Made by a program: the position numbers and the translations under genes | Shown here: positions 14,101 through 29,100 of the stretch, piece after piece | Position numbering within the stretch: the first letter of the stretch is position 1 | Layout: each line of letters starts with the position of its first letter | NCBI RefSeq assembly: GCF_963676685.1 | Contig: NC_092350.1 | Span: 77,190,001-77,254,000 of the forward strand | Direction: 5' to 3' | Length of the DNA: 64,000 bases | From: Mytilus edulis | Taxonomy: Eukaryota | Notes under the pieces: model-generated | Databases searched by the model: none | What the model saw: only the letters and a program-made list of their open reading frames with translations | Told to the model about the DNA's origin: nothing

Positions 14101-17100
14101 GTCTTTTAGAATTTCTAAAGAGCACTATAGTCTACTGAAGCACTGAATTAATTTTCATGCTGAAATTACCTCCCTTTAAAACAAAATCTAATTATACAAG
14201 CCATTGCAAATAAATTTACAGATAAAAACAAAATCCAAATGTTGTGTTTCATGTTAGTTTAACATGTTAAATATTGTTTTAATTTTCAGGTTACTATGAT
14301 CATCTTGTAAATGTTTAAGCAGCATGCAAGACTTACACTTTTATTTGTAATAGTACCATTCCCTCGTATATTATGTGTAGGACTATATTTTCTAAGTGAA
14401 GCACTTCCCATTCTTTGTGCTGAAGCACCTGCATAGGGTGCACCTGAAATAAAATAAGAAATATGATAACAGTTTTTTTTAAAAATTTTATTCACCAAAG
14501 CCATTTGTTAATACATTTGTATTTTAAAACTTACAAATTTAAATGAATACTTATATAAGGCTTTCTTACAAGGTAACTTTTAAAAATGACATACTATGCT
14601 TTCTCAAAGGGTAATATAAATAACATACTATGCTGACTCACAAGGTAATTTAAATGACATTCTATGCTGGCTTAGAAGGTAATTTAAATTACATACTATG
14701 CTGGCTCACAAGGTAACGTAAATGACTTACTATGTTGGCTTGCAAGGTAACTTAAATGACATACTATTCTGGCTTGAAACTTAAAAGACATACTTTGCTG
14801 GCTTGCAAGGTAACTTAAATGACATATTATGCTGGTTTGCAAGGTAACTTAAATAACATACTATGCTGGCTTGCAAGGTAACTTAAATGACATACTTTGC
14901 TGGCTTGCAAGGTAACTTAAATGACATACTATGCTGGCTTGCAAGGTAACTTAACTAACATACTATGCTGGCTTGCAAGGTAACTTAAATAACATACTAT
15001 GCTGGTTTGCAAGGTAATTTAAATGATATACTATGCTGGCTTACAAGGTAACTTAAATGACATACTATGCTGGCTCACAAGGTAATTTTAATGACACACT
15101 ATGCTGGTTTGCAAGGTAACTTAAATGACAAACAGATCCTGCATGTCTAACCCCGTCTCAATCTGTATGTATGTGACAGTCCCAATTCAGGAAATTGTAA
15201 TTCAGTGGTTGTTGTTTGTTGATGTGTAACATACTTGTTTATCAACATAAATGAGGCAGTTAGTTTTCTTGTTTGAATTGCTTTACATTAGTCATTTCTT
15301 AGTCTTTTTATAACTGGCTATGTGGTATGGGCTATGCTCATTGTTGAAGGCCATACAGTGACCTATATCTGTTAGTTTCTGTGTCATTAATGGTCTATTG
15401 TGAAAAGGTTGTCCTATTGGCAATGATACCACCTCTTTTTTTTATATCTGCTTGCTTAAAAGATTTTTTTTTTAGTTTTGAAGTTTGTGACCTAAACTGC
15501 TAAACATAGCTGTTTATTACCGGGAATAGGGTCAGGTCTAGTTGTTTGTGACCTAGACTGTCTGTTAACACACTTGTACATTACCTGGAATAGGATCAGG
15601 TCTAGTTGTTTGTGACCTAGACTGTCTGTTAACACAGCTGTACATTACCTGGAATTGGGTCAGGTCTAGTTGTTTGTGACCTAGACTGTCTATTAACACA
15701 GCTGTACATTACCTGGAATTGGGTCAGGTCTAGTTGTTTGTGAGCTAGACTGTCTGTTAACACAGCTGTACATTACCTGGAATAGGGTCAGGTCTAGTTG
15801 TTTGTGACCTAGACTGTCTGTTAACACAGCTGTACATTACCTGGAATAGGGTCAGGTCTAGTTGTTTTTGACCTAGACTGCCTGTTAACACAGCTGTACA
15901 TTACATGGAATAGGGTCAGGTCTAGTTGTTTGTGACCTAGACTGTCTGTTAACACAGCTGTACATTACCTGGAATAGGGTCATGTCTAGTTGTTTGTGAG
16001 CTAGACTGCCTGTTAACACAGCTGTACATTACCTGGAATAGGGTCAGGTCTAGTTGTTTGTGACCTAGACTGCCTGTTAACACAGCTGTACATTACCTGG
16101 AATAGGGTCAGGTCTAGTTGTTTGTGACCTAGACTGTCTGTTCACACTGCTATTGTCATTTCCATATGTAAGGGGACGTGGTTGACTTGTGTGAGGATGG
16201 ACCTCCTTTATAGGATTACCTCCATGTGGATGTTTTTGTGGTGACAGGGTTGGTGGTTGCTGTTTCTGCCTATAAAATACAGTAAAAAATTTGCAAGTCA
16301 AGGCTTCACAAAAGGAAATTCAAATAAAACTTTAAGAACTGAGATAAAACGATTCACACTCAGGTGACCTTTGTACCGAGTTTGAATGTACACAAAATCC
16401 GATCTTTGTATCAAGTATGACTGTATACAAAATCAGATGACCTTTGTACTAAGTTTGAATGTACACAAAATCAGATGACCTTTGTATCAAGTATGACTGT
16501 ATACAAAATCAGATGACCTTTGTACCAAGTTTGACTACACAATATCAGATAACTTTTGTTCCAATTTTGACTGTACACAAAATCAGGTGACCTTTGTACC
16601 AAGTTTGACTGTACACAAAATCAGATGACCTTTGTATAAAGTTTGACTACACAATATCAGATAACTTTTGTACCAATTTTGACTGTACACAAAATCAGGT
16701 GACCTTTGTACCAAGTTTGACTGTACACAAAATCAGATGACCTTTGTATAAAGTTTGAATGTAAACAATATCAGATGACCTTTGTATCAAGTTTGACTGT
16801 ACACAAAATCAGATGACCTTTGTATGAAATTTGACTGTACACAAACTCAGGTGACCTTTGTACCAAGTTTGAATGTACAAAAAATCAATTGACATTTGTA
16901 CCAAGTTTACCTGTACACAAAATCAGGTGACCTTTGTACCAAGTTTGACTGTACACAAAATCAGATGACCTTTGTATAAAGTTTTACTGTACACAAACTC
17001 AGGTGACCTTTGTACCAGTTTGAATGTACAAAAAAAACAATTGACCTTTGTACCAAGTTTACCTGTACACAAAATCAGATGACCTTTGTATAAAGTTTGA

Positions 17101-20100
17101 CTACACAAACTCAGGTGACCTTTGTTCCAAGTTTGACTGTACACAAAATCAGATGACCTTTGTATAAAGTTTGACTACACAATATCAGATGACCTTTGTA
17201 TAAAGTTTGAATGTAAACAATATCAGATGACCTTTGTATCAAGTTTGACTGTACACAAAATCAGATGACCTTTGTATGAAATTTGACTGTACACAAACTC
17301 AGGTGACCTTTGTACCAAGTTTGAATGTACAAAAAATCAATTGACATTTGTACCAAGTTTACCTGTACACAAAATCAGGTGACCTTTGTACCAAGTTTGA
17401 CTGTACACAAAATCAGATGACCTTTGTATAAAGTTTTACCGTACACAAACTCAGGTGACCTTTGTACCAGTTTGAATGTACAAAAAAACAATTGACCTTT
17501 GTACCAAGTTTACCTGTACACAAAATCAGATGACCTTTGTATAAAGTTTGACTACACAAACTCAGGTGACCTTTGTTCCAAGTTTGACTGTACACAAAAT
17601 CAGATGACCTCTGTACCAAGTTTGACTGTACACAAAATCAGGTGACCTTTGTACCAAGTTTGACTGTACACAAAATCAGGTGACCTTTGTATCAAGATTA
17701 ATCTTACAAAAAAATCAGGTGACCTTTGTATCAAGATTAATCGTACAAAAAAATCAGGTGACCTTTGTATCAAGATTAATCGTACAAAAAAATCAGGTGA
17801 CCTTTGTATCAAGTTTCACTGTAAACAAAATCAGGTGACCGTTGTATAAAGTTTGACTGTCATGAAAAGAGGTATGTCTTTTATTGTCATATTCTACATA
17901 AATGCCATACAGATAATAATGCCTACACCAGTATTCCAAAGTTCAATGGTTGAGCCCACAATTATTTATACATCATTTAATTTTTGGATATAGCACATTT
18001 TCTGATTGGTTGAAATTTTTTTTTGTCAATCAGTTCCTACACATAATTTGTCATGTGACCGTGCGGTCATCAACTTTTTTCATGATTTACTCCTTCAAAA
18101 TGGATTTTATTTCTGTTCATTCGAAATAACCTCAAATATGTAATGAGGGTTATTTAGTGTGCACCACATTGTTTTTGTTTGTTTTTCATTGACAGAAAAA
18201 ATATTAGTCATTCCTTAAATAACTAAATTGAAAACCCAAAGAAATATTTTGTAATTTTATACCTCCTTAGATAAACTGCCTCTGGTTTTTGTTCATTGAT
18301 GTTAACTGTCATTTCTGTCAAACCTTCATCATCAATTTGGTTAACTTGATCAAATTCATCATTTATATCTACAAAATATTTGTGTACCTTAGTCTTAAAT
18401 TTATCAACATTATAGAAACCTATCTTCCACCTAGCATTATAAGTTAAACTTAAAATCTGTTTTGATTATTATAACTGTAAATATTCACAGAAGTTATCAA
18501 ATCTGTTTAAACACTAACCTCAATCTACTCTTACTTCTCTTAATGTAAATTTTAATGCATACAAATAAGATGATGTCTTTTTTTAAATTCAATTTAATAG
18601 CGTAGTTTGGTTGATTTCTCTCATTGCAATTATCTCCCTTTGATTATACTTACCAAGAATTTGATCTGCTTCTGATGGAGCTTTAGAATCTTCAAATGCA
18701 TTCTTAGTAAACCTGTGTGCTGCAGTAGTCCATGCTATAGCCTGTGTAAAAAGCAAATATTATAATCTTAGATTACATTCATTTATTAAAATAAGACGAC
18801 AGACAAACACAGCAATCAACATTTACCATTGAGTAACCGACCGTGTCAGGACAGAATAGCCAGTCAAGGTCGTTAAAAACTTCAATCATCATTTACCATT
18901 GACTAACCAACTGTGTCAGGACTGTATAGCCAGTCAAGGTCATTAAAAACTTCAATCAACATTTACCATTGACTAACCAACCGTGTCAGGACTGTAAAGC
19001 CAGTCAAGGTCATTAATAACTTCCATCATCATTTACCATTGACTAACCGACCGTGTCAGGACTGTATAGCCAGTCAAGGTCGTTAAAAATTAAAAAGATT
19101 ATCTGTATCAGCTCTTTGCTTGAAATTTTCTGGCAAGATGTCATTCTCTATGTATATCATATTATCTTAATTCTTCTATTGCATAATTCCTTTTACAATA
19201 CACCAAACAAGTACATAAAATACTGTAATTAAGATTCCATATAAAACAAAGAACTGTCACAGTATACTGTTGATTTAAATCAGCCAAAACAGACTGTAAT
19301 TGTGTTTAGTTTTATTCACATAACAGACTGTAATTGTGTTTAGTTGTATTCACATAACAGACTGTAATAGTGTTTAATTGTATTCACATAATAGACTGTA
19401 ATTGTGTGTAATTGTATTCACATAATAGACTGTAATTGTGTTTAGTTGTATTCACATAATAGACTGTAATTGTGTTTAATTGTATTCACATAACAGACTG
19501 TAATTGTGTGTAATTGTATTCACATAATAGACTGTAATTGTGTTTAGTTGTATTCACATAATAGACTGTAATTGTGTTTAATTGTATTCACATAACAGAC
19601 TGTAATTGTGTTTAGTTGTATTCACATAACACACTGATATAGAACTGGCACCAACTTCATTTGAAAATTCTTTTGTGTTGCTTAAAAAACATCTCGTGTC
19701 ATTGCTAATATTTAAATATATTCAAGCAAGCAAAAGTTAAGGGCCTTTAATTTAGCTTTATAGAAGTAAAACCAAATAAAAATACATTAACATTACATAC
19801 ATAACAATGCTTAAAATCTGAACTAACTACTGACCTGTCCATTAGGTTTACATAAGATTGTTGTACATTCTGGTCCTGTCCCCCATTTCTCTTGCTCTTT
19901 CCAAACATAATCTGTCGGGGGCTGATGCAGCATTGGGTCATTATTTCCCGACCACACTGTGATTGTGTTGTTTCCAGTGAATTTCGTCCTAGGAGGGAAT
20001 CGGTAAACTGCAACAGGATGACCTCCAACATTCTGTTGTATCATGTACCCTCCAAACTCTACTTCCTTTAAGATAAATAAAAAAAAAACACTGTTAATAA

Positions 20101-23100
20101 GAATTAATCAATACATTGTTATAATTCTAGAATATTCAAATCTGTATTGTTTTAACAATATTATACATAAGACTAAATAATACAGGCATTTTTTATAAAT
20201 TTTCTTTGATTTTGTTTATGTCTATTTGCCACCAGCTAGAAAAAAAAACTATACCGATAAGTCAGTGTTCTAGCTTGGATTAAAGGGCAGAGTGCACCAC
20301 TTTAGAGCATTATCTCATGAAAAATTGAAATAATGGAATAAATGTATTTTTGTAAACTATCACAAATACATTTTATTGTGATAAAATATTTTTCATTTTC
20401 TGCTAGAACATGAATAATATCACTGCCAGTCAAAAGAATTATACAATCAATTTTATTTAAATTTCTTTATACAAAATTTAAAATTATTACTCAGTCAGAC
20501 AGGTGCCAGGGCCAGTTAATAAGCTAAGATCTGAGTTTTAATTGGGCTTCTTTTGAAATAAACCAGTCATTTTAAAAAATGTACATTACAGTCAGCCATT
20601 TTTAAAAACCAAAGTGTTTACTATGACATTTTTCAAACCTAAGTGCTTACTAGCAGAGTAAATAGTCTGATTTTAAAATATAATGAAACATGTATACATT
20701 CATATCAAATACAAGAATTTGGAGAACAAAGTAAATATTGAATGTTTTCACCTACAAATAACGACCCAATCATTCCTAACTTGTATGACATCTCTGTGCT
20801 CAACTCGGAACAATTTATACTTAGGATAAAATATTTTAAATCACAATTATACTTACAATATATGTATATTATAAATTAGTGTAAATTATCAATGTTTTAT
20901 GGAACCCATCTACAAAAGTAATAAAAAAATATACCTATGTTTTTCTCTTGGTAATCTAGAGGGTAGATGTGAATTACCATTACTCTGTTTGTATTAAACA
21001 CTGCTATATGGATGATTAACATACATTATATATGGTAGTATATTTATATGTGATATAAATTCGAAGACACAAACAAACCTTTTGTAATACCTTTCTTGTT
21101 AATATAGATTTAATACTAAGACCCTACTAATTTATCATTCATGTTCAACTTGCAGATAACAAAAATAGTTAATGTTTGGCTTTTCATAAAAAGCTTTCAA
21201 TATTTTTGAATATAAATTATTCATATAAAGCTCTTTAATAGATACTTATTATCCGAGTAATAGGGTCTTGTATCCAGATTAGATAAAGGCAAATTAAATA
21301 ATTTGTAATACGAAATATTCATAAGCACACAACTGAAACATAATTTTGAAAAGAAAAAATTGTTTTGGAAATATGTAGAAATGCATAGCAATTATGCAAT
21401 ATCAATTATTCATGGATAGTTGGCAAATTGTCACTATTTTTTTTATGAATTGCATTAAACTTTCAAATTCACTAAAGTACTCAAATTACCTTATACTGGT
21501 ATACAATATTTAACATGTCTAAAATGGGTTTGGAAATTTTATATTTAGTTAATGTTTGCATTTTCCTTTAATCAAAATCGATTTTAATACTAGAAAAACA
21601 GATCATGACGTTGTTATATTTTCTTAAAACTCAGCAAATACCTCAATAATAAATGATCAACAGACTAAATTGAACCCATGTCAAAATTGTCCATTTAACA
21701 AAACCGATTCTCAAGATTGTCAAAACATAAGTGTGCATATACAATAGAATATATATATATAGTGTCATTAACACCCACCAAGTCTTTGAACAAATTTAAA
21801 TTGACAAACAATATCTTACCTTGCCGCCTTCGTTGACAAGTCGAACATATTTTCCTTCTTGGTTCACATCAAGAATTTTGACATCCCCAACAGCACTAGC
21901 AAGAGAATTATTCATTATTAATCTTATGAAGATAAACACAAAATCAGTTTCTATTAAATAAAATTCCTCAAATATCAAAACAATAGTTTGACAATACAAA
22001 GATTGAATCAGTAATTTAATGTATTGTATTATTCCGACCCATGGCCCACACCACGGTTACTATGTAAACTTCACCCTATTGATTACAATGTCAAAGGCAT
22101 ATATTCAAACTGATCTGAAATTTAATTCATTAAACCCTTTACAATAATCCAGTCAAATTCTACAGGTTTTTATCAGTTTTTCCTTTTATTTGTCTTAACT
22201 AGTTAAAACCCATTCTACAACTAATAAAATTCACCTTGCTTAAAGATTTAAATTTTATTTAATTCAAATCAATCAAATAGGATTTTAAAAGTTGTAATAT
22301 ATTATCAAATCGAATTTGGCGATACTGATTGAACAATGTACTTATGGATCTTACATATTTAATCACTTAGTACAAAGGATTATCTTATTTCAATGTGTTA
22401 TTACGTTCTGTATACATGAAATGGCTTTTCTAATTATTGTCCATGTTGTTTGTTTCTAGTGTACGATGGCAAATATTTCATGGCAAATATTTCATGGCAA
22501 ATATTTCATATTTCAGCAAGTTCAGAAAGAAAATCAATTTCTTCAAAAACAGGATTAGTTAAGGATCTGACATGATAATAAATAATAGTCTATTTCATTG
22601 TCACAACTTCTACTTTCAGAAAAATGTTATTGTTGTACTATATGTATATTTTACAAAAAAAACCCCAAGAAAATCTCATTCAATAAAATGCATTTGTTTT
22701 ATTACTTTCTAAATATCATTTCTCTTCTTCATACATTTCATACATATGAAAATCATAAAAAAGGCAATAAAATAAGAAACCTCTAAAGCTCCCTCTTTAT
22801 CCACTATATATTTACAAGGTAAACCACTGAAATAAAGTATTGCCCCCCCCCCTTTTCCCTTCTTAATTGTGTATTGTAAGCTTACTTTTTAACTTAAATT
22901 AGATTCTGAAGCAGGAAATCTTAAATTAAATAATTGTCTTTGCAGTAGAGATAAAAAAAAAAATCCCATGAATAATTTAAGGTATGTGTAAATCCTTAAT
23001 TAAACAAAAAGTAATTCCAATGATAGAATTGTTTAATCACTTATAAGTTAAATATGCATGAGCTATCAATAATCAAACATAAATATTTCAAATCAATCAG

Positions 23101-26100
23101 GTAATACCAAGTTAATCAGGTATAACAAAGTTTCACTATAATGATTACCTTTAAATCTCAAAAACTTTTGAGAAAATATAGGTATGTAAAACCATTAAAT
23201 AAGTTAAAGAAAAGGCAAGTTTTAGGAGTTCACTTTAACGTCCATGTTTGAAACTAGTACACATTTTTGTCTATGGGCCAGATGAAGTCAGTGCCTCAAG
23301 GTTGAATGATTTTCTCACTGTGTTGAAGACCCATTAGTTGCCTTTAAGGCTGTATTTTACTCTTTGACACCTTCCCCATTTCCATTCTCTATTTAATTTG
23401 CAATTTTAAAATTAAGGTTTAAAAGCTTAAAAACTAAGGAAAAAAAAAGGGGGGGGCAATTAGAATAATCATAATCATTGATCTAAACACTGCAATTTTC
23501 AATAAATTCTTTATCTCCATCAATTCTTAACTTACATGAAGCAATGGCTTTATTTTTTATCATGTTCATTTCTTGATAGATAAGTGTTTAATGCCACTTA
23601 AAACACTATTGGCTTTTTCTGTGTGATCAATTTTTATCTTTGTAGGAACCAGGAGTGATCAGCCTTTAGAAGGCAAACTGACAATATTTCTTAATTAAGA
23701 TTGGAGTCAATGCAGTAGTTGGATTACTAACTGGGTAAGGGCATCATATTTTCATAGCCAAAATCATAAGATTTCTGCACAAGTTCAATTTCATAAACAG
23801 CTAGTATATGGAAAATTTAAAATAATTTCTAATAAATGAAAATAAAAAAACTTTGTGCGGTTCAGAAATTGTTCATTAGCATTGTTAAATAAAGACTGAT
23901 TAAATTATTATTATATTATTGATAAACAATGTACATGTATTTCTTTTGTTAGATTTTGGTCTTTGATGTAAAGAATGTATTCATCTAGCAATGGGGTTAT
24001 ATTCATGATATATTGATTACAAGCAGGTTTAAAAGGGTTGTGCATTCTTTTCATACTTTTTCTGTCCTAAATTATACATGCAGATAACTTTGTAAAACAA
24101 AATACTGATAATAACTAAACAACAGTAAACAATTGTACTAAAAACATGCAGGCATGTCAGGCATACAATACATAGATAAACAGGAGGGGCTACTGAAGTG
24201 GTTTACTTCTATGATTCATTGTCAGGCATACAATACATAAATAAACAGGAGGGGCTACTGAAGTGGTTTACTTCTATGATTCATTGTCAGGCATACAATA
24301 CATAGATAAACAGGAGGGGCTACTGAAGTGGTTTACTTCTATGATTCATTGTCAGGCATACAATACATAAATAAACAGGAGGGGCTACTGAAGTGGTTTA
24401 CTTCTATGATTCATTGTCAGGCATACAATACATAGATAAACAGGAGGGGCTACTGAAGTGGTTTACTTCTATGATTCATTGTCAGGCATACAATACATAG
24501 ATAAACAGGAGGGGCTACTGAAGTGGTTTACTTCTATGATTCATTGTCAGGCATACAATACATAGATAAACAGGAGGGGCTACTGAAGTGGTTTACTTCT
24601 ATGATTCATTGTCAGGCATACAATACATAGATAAACAGGAGGGGCTACTGAAGTGGTTTACTTCTATGATTCATTGTCAGGCATACAATACATAAATAAA
24701 CAGGAGGGGCTACTGAAGTGGTTTACTTCTATGATTCATTGTCAGGCATACAATACATAAATAAACAGGAGGGGCTACTGAAGTGGTTTACTTCTATGAT
24801 TCAGGCATGTCAGGCATACAATACATAGATAAACAGGAGGGGCTACTGAAGTGGTTTACTTCTATGAGTCATTGTCAGGTATACAATACATAAATAAACA
24901 GGAGGGGCTACTGAGGTGGTTTACTTCTATGATTCAGGCATGTCAGGCATACAATACATAGATAAACAGGAGGGGCTACTGAAGTGGTTTACTTCTAGGA
25001 TTCATTGTCAGGCATACAATACATAGATAAACAGTAGGGGCTACTGAAGTGGTTTACTTCTATGATTCATTGTCAGGCATACAATACATAGATAAACAGG
25101 AGGGGCTACTGAAGTGGTTTACTTCTATGATTCAGGCATGTCAGGCATACAATACATAAATAAACAGGAGGGGCTACTGAAGTGGTTTACTTCTATGATT
25201 CATTGTCAGGCATACAATACATAAATAAACAGGAGGGGCTACTGAAGTGGTTTACTTCTATGATTCATTGTCAGGCATACAATACATAAATAAACAGGAG
25301 GGGCTACTGAAGTGGTTTACTTCTATGATTCAGGCATGTCAGGCATACAATACATAGATAAACAGTAGGGCTACTGAAGTGGTTTACTTCTATGATTCAT
25401 TGTCAGGCATACAATACATAGATAAACAGTAGGGGCCACTGAAGTGGTTTACTTCTATGATTCATTGTCAGGCATACAATACATAGATAAACAGTAGGGG
25501 CTACTGAAGTGGTTTACTTCTATGATTAATTGTCAAGCATACAATACATAGATAAACAGTAGGGGCTACTGAAGTGGTTTACTTCTATGATTCATTGTCA
25601 GGCATACAATACATAAATAAACAGTAGGGGCTACTGAAGTGGTTTACTTCTATGATTCATTGTCAAGCATACAATACATAAATAAACAGGAGGGGCTACT
25701 GAAGTGGTTTACTTCTATGATTCATTGTCAGGCATAAAATACATAGATAAACAGTAGGGGCTACTGAAGTGGTTTACTTCTATGATTCATTGTCAGGCAT
25801 ACAATACATAGATAAACAGTAGGGGCCACTGAAGTGGTTTACTTCTATGATTCATTGTCAGGCATACAATACATAGATAAACAGTAGGGGCTACTGAAGT
25901 GGTTTACTTCTATGATTAATTGTCAAGCATACAATACATAGATAAACAGTAGGGGCTACTGAAGTGGTTTACTTCTATGATTCAGGCATGTCAGGCATAC
26001 AATACATAAATAAACAGGAGGGGCTACTGAAGTGGTTTACTTCTATGATTCATTGTCAGGCATACAATACATAAATAAACAGTAGGGGCTACTGAAGTGG

Positions 26101-29100
26101 TTTACTTCTATGATTCATTGTCAGGCATACAATACATAGATAAACAGGAGGGGCTATTGAAGTGGTTTACTTCTATGATTCAGGCATGTCAGGCATACAA
26201 TACATAAATAAACAGGAGGGGCTACTGAAGTGGTTTACTTCTATGATTGATTGTCAGGCATACAATACATAAATAAACAGGAGGGGCTACTGAAGTGGTT
26301 TACTTCTATGATTGATTGTCAGGCATACAATACATAGATAAACAGGAGGGGCTACTGAAGTGGTTTACTTCTAGGATTCATTGTCAGGCATACAATTCAT
26401 AAATAAACAGGAGGGGCTACTGAATTGGTTTACTTCTATGATTCAGGCATGTCAGGCATACAATACATAAATAAACAGGAGGGGCTACTGAAGTGGTTTA
26501 CTTCTGATTCATTGTCAGGCATACAATACATAAATAAACAGGAGGGGCTACTGAAGTGGTTTACTTCTATGATTCATTGTCAGGCATACAATACATAGAT
26601 AAACAGGAGGGGCTACTGAAGTGGTTTACTTCTATGATTCATTGTCAGGCATACAATACATAGATAAACAGGAGGGGTTACTGAAGTGGTTTACTTCTAT
26701 GATTCATTGTCAGGCATACAATACATAGATAAACAGGAGGGGCTACTGAAGTGGTTTACTTCTATGATTCATTGTCAGGCATACAATACATGAATAAACA
26801 GGAGGGGCTACTGAAGTGGTTTACTTCTATGATTCATTGTCAGGCATACAATACATAGATAAACAGTAGGGGCTACTGAAGTGGTTTACTTCTATGATTC
26901 ATTGTCAGGCATACAATACATAAATAAACAGGAGGGGCTACTGAAGTGGTTTACTTCTATGATTCATTGTCAGGCATACAATACATAAATAAACAGGAGG
27001 GGCCACTGAAGTGGTTTACTTCTATGATTCATTGTCAAGCATACAATACATAAATAAACAGGAGGGGGCTACTGAAGTGGTTTACTTCTATGATTCAGGC
27101 ATGTCAGGCATACAATACATAGATACACAGGAGGGGCTACTGAAGTGGTTTACTTCTATGATTCATTGTCAGGCATACAATACATAAATAAACAGTAGGG
27201 GCCACTGAAGTGGTTTACTTCTATGATTCATTGTCAGGCATACAATACATAGATAAACAGTAGGGGCCACTGAAGTGGTTTACTTCTATGATTCATTGTC
27301 AGGCATACAATACATAGATAAACAGGAGGGGCTACTGAAGTGGTTTACTTCTATGATTCAGGCATGTCAGGCATACAATACATAAATAAACAGGAGGGGC
27401 TACTGAAGTGGTTTACTTCTGATTCATTGTCAGGCATACAATACATAAATAAACAGGAGGGGCTACTGAAGTGGTTTACTTCTATGATTGATTGTCAGGC
27501 ATACAATACATAGATAAACAGGAGGGGCTACTGAAGTGGTTTACTTCTATGATTCATTGTCAGGCATACAATACATAGATAAACAGGAGGGGCCACTGAA
27601 GTGGTTTACTTCTATGATTCATTGTCAGGCATACAATACATAAATAAACAGGAGGGGCTACTGAAGTGGTTTACTTCTATGATTCAGGCATGTCAGGCAT
27701 ACAATACATAGATAAACAGGAGGGGCTACTGAAGTGGTTTACTTCTATGATTCATTGTCAGGCATACAATACATAAATAAACAGGAGGGGCTACTGAAGT
27801 GGTTTACTTCTATGATTCATTGTCAGGCATACAATACATAGATAAACAGTAGGGGCTACTGAAGTGGTTTACTTCTATGATTCATTGTCAGGCATACAAT
27901 ACATAAATAAACAGGAGGGGCTACTGAAGTGGTTTACTTCTATGATTCATTGTCAGGCATACAATACATAAACAAACAGGAGGGGCTACTGAAGTGGTTT
28001 ACTTCTATGATTCATTGTCAGGCATACAATACATAAATAAACAGTAGGGGCTACTGAAGTGGTTTACTTTTATGATTCATTGTCAGGCATACAATACATA
28101 GATAAACAGTAGGGGCCACTGAAGTGGTTTACTTCTATGATTCATTGTCAGGCATACAATACATAGATAAACAGTAGGGGCTACTGAAGTGGTTTACTTC
28201 TATGATTCAGGCATGTCAGGCATACAATACATAGATAAACAGGAGGGGCTACTGAAGTGGTTTACTTCTATGATTGAGGCATGTCAGGCATACAATACAT
28301 AAATAAACTGAAGTGGTTTACTTCTATGATTCATTGTCAGGCATACAATACATAAATAAACAGGAGGGGCTACTGAAGTGGTTTACTTCTATGATTCAGG
28401 CATGTCAGGCATACAATACATAGATAAACAGTAGGGGCCACTGAAGTGGTTTACTTCTATGATTCATTGTCAGGCATAAATACATAGATAAACAGTAGGG
28501 GCTACTGAAGTGGTTTACCTCTATGATTCAGGCATGTCAGGCATACAATACATAGATAAACAGGAGGGGCTACTGAAGTGGTTTACTTCTATGATTCATT
28601 CATTCACTTTCTAACATTGGGTGTGTTTAATGACCTTGACTACGGAACATAACTATTTAATGGCCTTGACTACCCAACATAACCATTTAATGACCTTGAC
28701 TACCCAACATAACCATTTAATGACCTTGACTATCCAACATAACCAGTAATAGTGCCTTCAATTCTATAGCTACTGTAAAAAGAGTCCAGTTATTCCTCTT
28801 TAGTCTAAATATTGTAAATCTCTTGAATTTTGTTTGCCTTATTTAAAAAACAAACTATATGTGTTTGTCAGGACAAATTCTGTCTTTAAAATGTGGATGG
28901 GTGGAGGCCACACAGATAAAAAAAAAATGCCATGAGGTTAAATATATCCCCAACATTCAAAGGTTGATAATAGATGATAAGACTTCAATCAAATGCTTTG
29001 GAAATGTGCAAGGACTCTATAACTAAAAAAAAGGAAAGGGTTTAAGCAAATACAAGGGGGATAATTTAAAGTTGCTGGAGACATTTGCAGATTATTCAAA

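Noticed and set aside
16923-17812. Repetitive ORFs of 68-73 aa
   Set aside because: Chance read-through of the 38-bp minisatellite.
24150-28600. Long regular array resembling CRISPR
   Set aside because: No unique spacers and no cas genes; it is a eukaryotic intronic minisatellite.
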